Shown: piece by piece, positions 61,753 through 64,000 of the stretch
Numbering within the stretch: the stretch's first letter is position 1
How the letters are laid out: each line of letters starts with the position of its first letter
Source: an uncultured Alphaproteobacteria bacterium
GTDB taxonomy: Bacteria > Pseudomonadota > Alphaproteobacteria > ATCC43930 > CGMCC-115725
Length of the DNA stretch: 64,000 nt
Reading direction: 5' to 3'
Assembly: GCA_963838385.1 (NCBI GenBank)
Contig: CAWIRE010000006.1
Location: 556,796 to 620,795, forward strand
The notes under the pieces: model-generated
The model's input: only the letters and a program-made list of their open reading frames with translations
The model's database searches: none
Told to the model about the DNA's origin: nothing
Made by a program: the position numbers and the translations under genes

Positions 61753-63423
61753 TCAGGAACGACCGTTGACCGTGGCGAGGATGTCCGCCGCCGCGGCATC
61801 GCTGTTGCCGCGCCAGGCGACGATCTGGTCGGGGCGGATGAGCGCGAGATCGGCGTCGTAGAGGTCGCGCGCCTCCTCGGAGGCGAGATCAACCAGTTTG
61901 AGATCGAGGCCGGCCGATGCCGCCGCCGCGACGAAGGCCGCGCCGCCGGCCGTCTCCGTGCCGAGCCGCAGCAGCGTCCACTCGAATCCCAAGGCGTCGT
62001 AGAGCGAGCGGCCGGGTGCCAGCCACAGATGCGGCGCGCGTCCGCCGGGGCACGCGCTCGGCACATAGACATTGGCGGCGTCGGCGGGCGGCGCGGTGCC
62101 GTCGGGCACGATCACGGGCGAGCCGTCATAGCGGCCGCCGAAGGTGATGCCGGGAATGTTGAACTCCGCCCGGGCATGGGCTTCGAGATAGGCGCCCGCC
62201 CGCGTCCGCGCCGCTTCCCCCTCGGGCGTCTCGTCCTCGATCTCCGGGACAGGCGCGAACAGGCCCAGGGAATCGGCGAAGCGCCGGGCATGGCCGGTGT
62301 TGCGCTCGGCCAGCGGCCGCCGCTCGGCCTCGTAGCTCTCCAGCAGCGCCGGCGCGGCCTGTCCCTTGAGCACCGCCGCCAGCTTCCAGCCGAGATTGAC
62401 CGCATCCTCGATCGCGGTGTTGTAGCCGAGGCCGCCGGTGGGGGTGAAGAGATGCACCGCATCGCCGCCGAGCAAGATGCGGCCGCGCTGGAAATGCTCG
62501 GCGACCAGCGCAAGGCCCGCGGTCCAGCTGCCGCGCGACAGGATCTCCGCCGGCAACCTCGCGCCCACCGCCGCCTCGAACATCGCCTGCGCGCCGTCGA
62601 GGGTGATCGCGCTCTCCGCCTCATGCGCGCGCAGCTGGGTGTGGAAGGCGAACTCGCCCTTGCCGTCGACCGCCACCAGGAAGGCGCGCCGGTCGCGGTT
62701 GAAGGTCACGTTCATCCAGGCCGGCGCGTGCGGCACGAGGTCGTAGAATCCGGGCGCGCGCAGATAGACCGCGTACATGCGGCCGCCGAGGAAATCGCGC
62801 ACCGCGCCCGTCTCGCCGGCATAGCCGACGCCCAGCGTCTGCCGCACCAGGCTGCGCGGCCCGTCGGCGCCGACGAGATAGGCGCTGCGGATCGCGATCC
62901 GGCGGCCATCCGCCACGCGCTCGGCCCGCGCCTCGACATGGCTGCCGCGATCGGCGAAGTCGGTGAGCCGCCAGCCGTAATTGACCGAGATGCCGGGGAG
63001 TTTTTCGGCGTGCCGGCGCAGCACCGCCTCGACATATTTCTGCGACACCCGGTGCGGCAGCTCGGCCGTGCTCCACGATCCCGAAAGGCCGCCCACCACC
63101 TCCCGCGCCTGCCGCGAGGACGGCAGCCTGAACCGCGCCAGCTCATGGCCGGCATAGCGGGTGAAATAGGCGGTGTCGGTGGGAAAGTCCGGCGGCAGGC
63201 CGAGCGCGCGGATCTCGCCGGCGATGCCGAGCCGCCGGTAATGCTCCATGGTGCGGGCTTGCGTCGCGTTGGCCTGCGGGTTGAAGGCGGTCGTGGGCTT
63301 CTCGTCGACGAGCAGCGCCGAGACCCCGCGCCGCCCGAGCTCGTTGGCGAGCATCAGCCCGCAGGGGCCGCCGCCCACGATCAGCACCGCGCAGTCCTGC
63401 ACGGCGCCTTCCCGCAACGTCAT
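61753..63423 (-). CDS. FAD-dependent aromatic-ring monooxygenase (PheA/TfdB-type flavoprotein hydroxylase)
   Basis: CAVLIVGGGPCGLMLANELGRRG; LLGGDAVHLFTPTGGLGYNTAIEDAVNLGWKLA. Confidence 0.85.
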   Translation of the reverse strand: MTLREGAVQDCAVLIVGGGPCGLMLANELGRRGVSALLVDEKPTTAFNPQANATQARTMEHYRRLGIAGEIRALGLPPDFPTDTAYFTRYAGHELARFRLPSSRQAREVVGGLSGSWSTAELPHRVSQKYVEAVLRRHAEKLPGISVNYGWRLTDFADRGSHVEARAERVADGRRIAIRSAYLVGADGPRSLVRQTLGVGYAGETGAVRDFLGGRMYAVYLRAPGFYDLVPHAPAWMNVTFNRDRRAFLVAVDGKGEFAFHTQLRAHEAESAITLDGAQAMFEAAVGARLPAEILSRGSWTAGLALVAEHFQRGRILLGGDAVHLFTPTGGLGYNTAIEDAVNLGWKLAAVLKGQAAPALLESYEAERRPLAERNTGHARRFADSLGLFAPVPEIEDETPEGEAARTRAGAYLEAHARAEFNIPGITFGGRYDGSPVIVPDGTAPPADAANVYVPSACPGGRAPHLWLAPGRSLYDALGFEWTLLRLGTETAGGAAFVAAAASAGLDLKLVDLASEEARDLYDADLALIRPDQIVAWRGNSDAAAADILATVNGRS

Positions 63424-63477
63424 CGCCTCACCGCGGCGCGGCGGCCCGGCCGGTCAGCCGCGTCTCGGGCAACGCGC

Positions 63478-63963
63478 CTAGAACGGGATCTCGTCGTCCA
63501 GCTCCTGCACCGGCGCGCGCCGCTCGGCCCGCGGCGTGGCCCCCGGCCCCGCTCCCGCCGTGGCGTAATCCTCCGTCGGCGCCTCTTCGCCATAGCCGGC
63601 ACCGCCGCCGCTGCGGCCGTCGAGCATGGTGAGCTCGCCGCGGAAGCGCTGCAGCACCACCTCGGTGGTGTAGCGTTCCTGGCCGGAATTGTCGGTCCAT
63701 TTGCGCGTCTGCAGCGCGCCCTCGATATAGACCTTGGCGCCTTTCTTCAGATACTTCTCGACGACATCGACCAGGCGGTCGTTGAAGATCACCACCCGGT
63801 GCCACTCGGTGCGCTCCTTGCGCTCGCCGCTGGTCTTGTCGCGCCAGCTCTCGGAGGTCGCCACCGAGAGATTGGCGATGCGGGTGCCGTCCTGGGTCGA
63901 GCGGATCTCGGGGTCGCGGCCGAGATTGCCGATCAGGATCACCTTGTTGACGCTTCCGGCCAT
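63478..63963 (-). CDS. ssb: Single-stranded DNA-binding protein
   Basis: [43 protein letters not shown]...TEWHRVVIF...; Gly-rich linker and acidic tip DDEIPF. Confidence 0.95.
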   Translation of the reverse strand: MAGSVNKVILIGNLGRDPEIRSTQDGTRIANLSVATSESWRDKTSGERKERTEWHRVVIFNDRLVDVVEKYLKKGAKVYIEGALQTRKWTDNSGQERYTTEVVLQRFRGELTMLDGRSGGGAGYGEEAPTEDYATAGAGPGATPRAERRAPVQELDDEIPF

Positions 63964-64000
63964 GTTGCCTGCCTTCGGGTTGGTCGCTGCTGCGGAAGAC

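Overview
High-GC chromosomal segment, probably from an alphaproteobacterium (Hyphomicrobiales/Rhizobiales-like; inferred from gene content and REP-type repeats). All family names come from my reading of the translated ORFs, not from database searches.

- **Left end:** a fragment of a FixK/Fnr-type regulator, then a BON-Hsp20-HdeD stress cluster behind a perfect TTGA-N6-TCAA box.
- **2.8-14.0 kb:** ten co-directional, tightly packed genes forming a T6SS spike/cargo array. In order: a frameshifted His...Cys protein, a stand-alone DUF4157 HExxH protein, two unknowns, tssH/clpV, vgrG, a MORN/YwqK-repeat protein, a DUF4280 PAAR-like protein, a proline-rich unknown candidate effector, and a SPOR protein. 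No sheath, tube or baseplate gene lies anywhere in the window.
- **14.1-21.1 kb:** a lower-GC accessory patch. It holds a type II CBASS (capV divergent from CD-NTase-cap2-cap3), an IS1595-family transposase, two tiny ORFs and a DUF3800 gene.
- **Remainder:** a pentapeptide-repeat protein, MFS pumps, a crcB-crcB-DUF190-ppa-mazG locus, solute-binding proteins, GST, coaD-gyrA, a CHRD-cupredoxin pair and two hybrid histidine kinases. A moxR/VWA pair is split by an IS4-family element that landed in a REP-like hairpin (11-bp target duplication). There is also an RND efflux operon, a flavin monooxygenase and ssb.
- **Frame disruptions:** the RND adaptor and pump genes are shredded by many indels while their neighbours are intact. 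Three further isolated single-nucleotide frameshifts occur in the 2784 ORF, coaD and the PAS kinase.
- **Non-coding structure:** a heptamer tandem repeat inside a long hairpin, and two nested palindromic elements.
- **Not found:** no rRNA, tRNA or CRISPR array was recognised.
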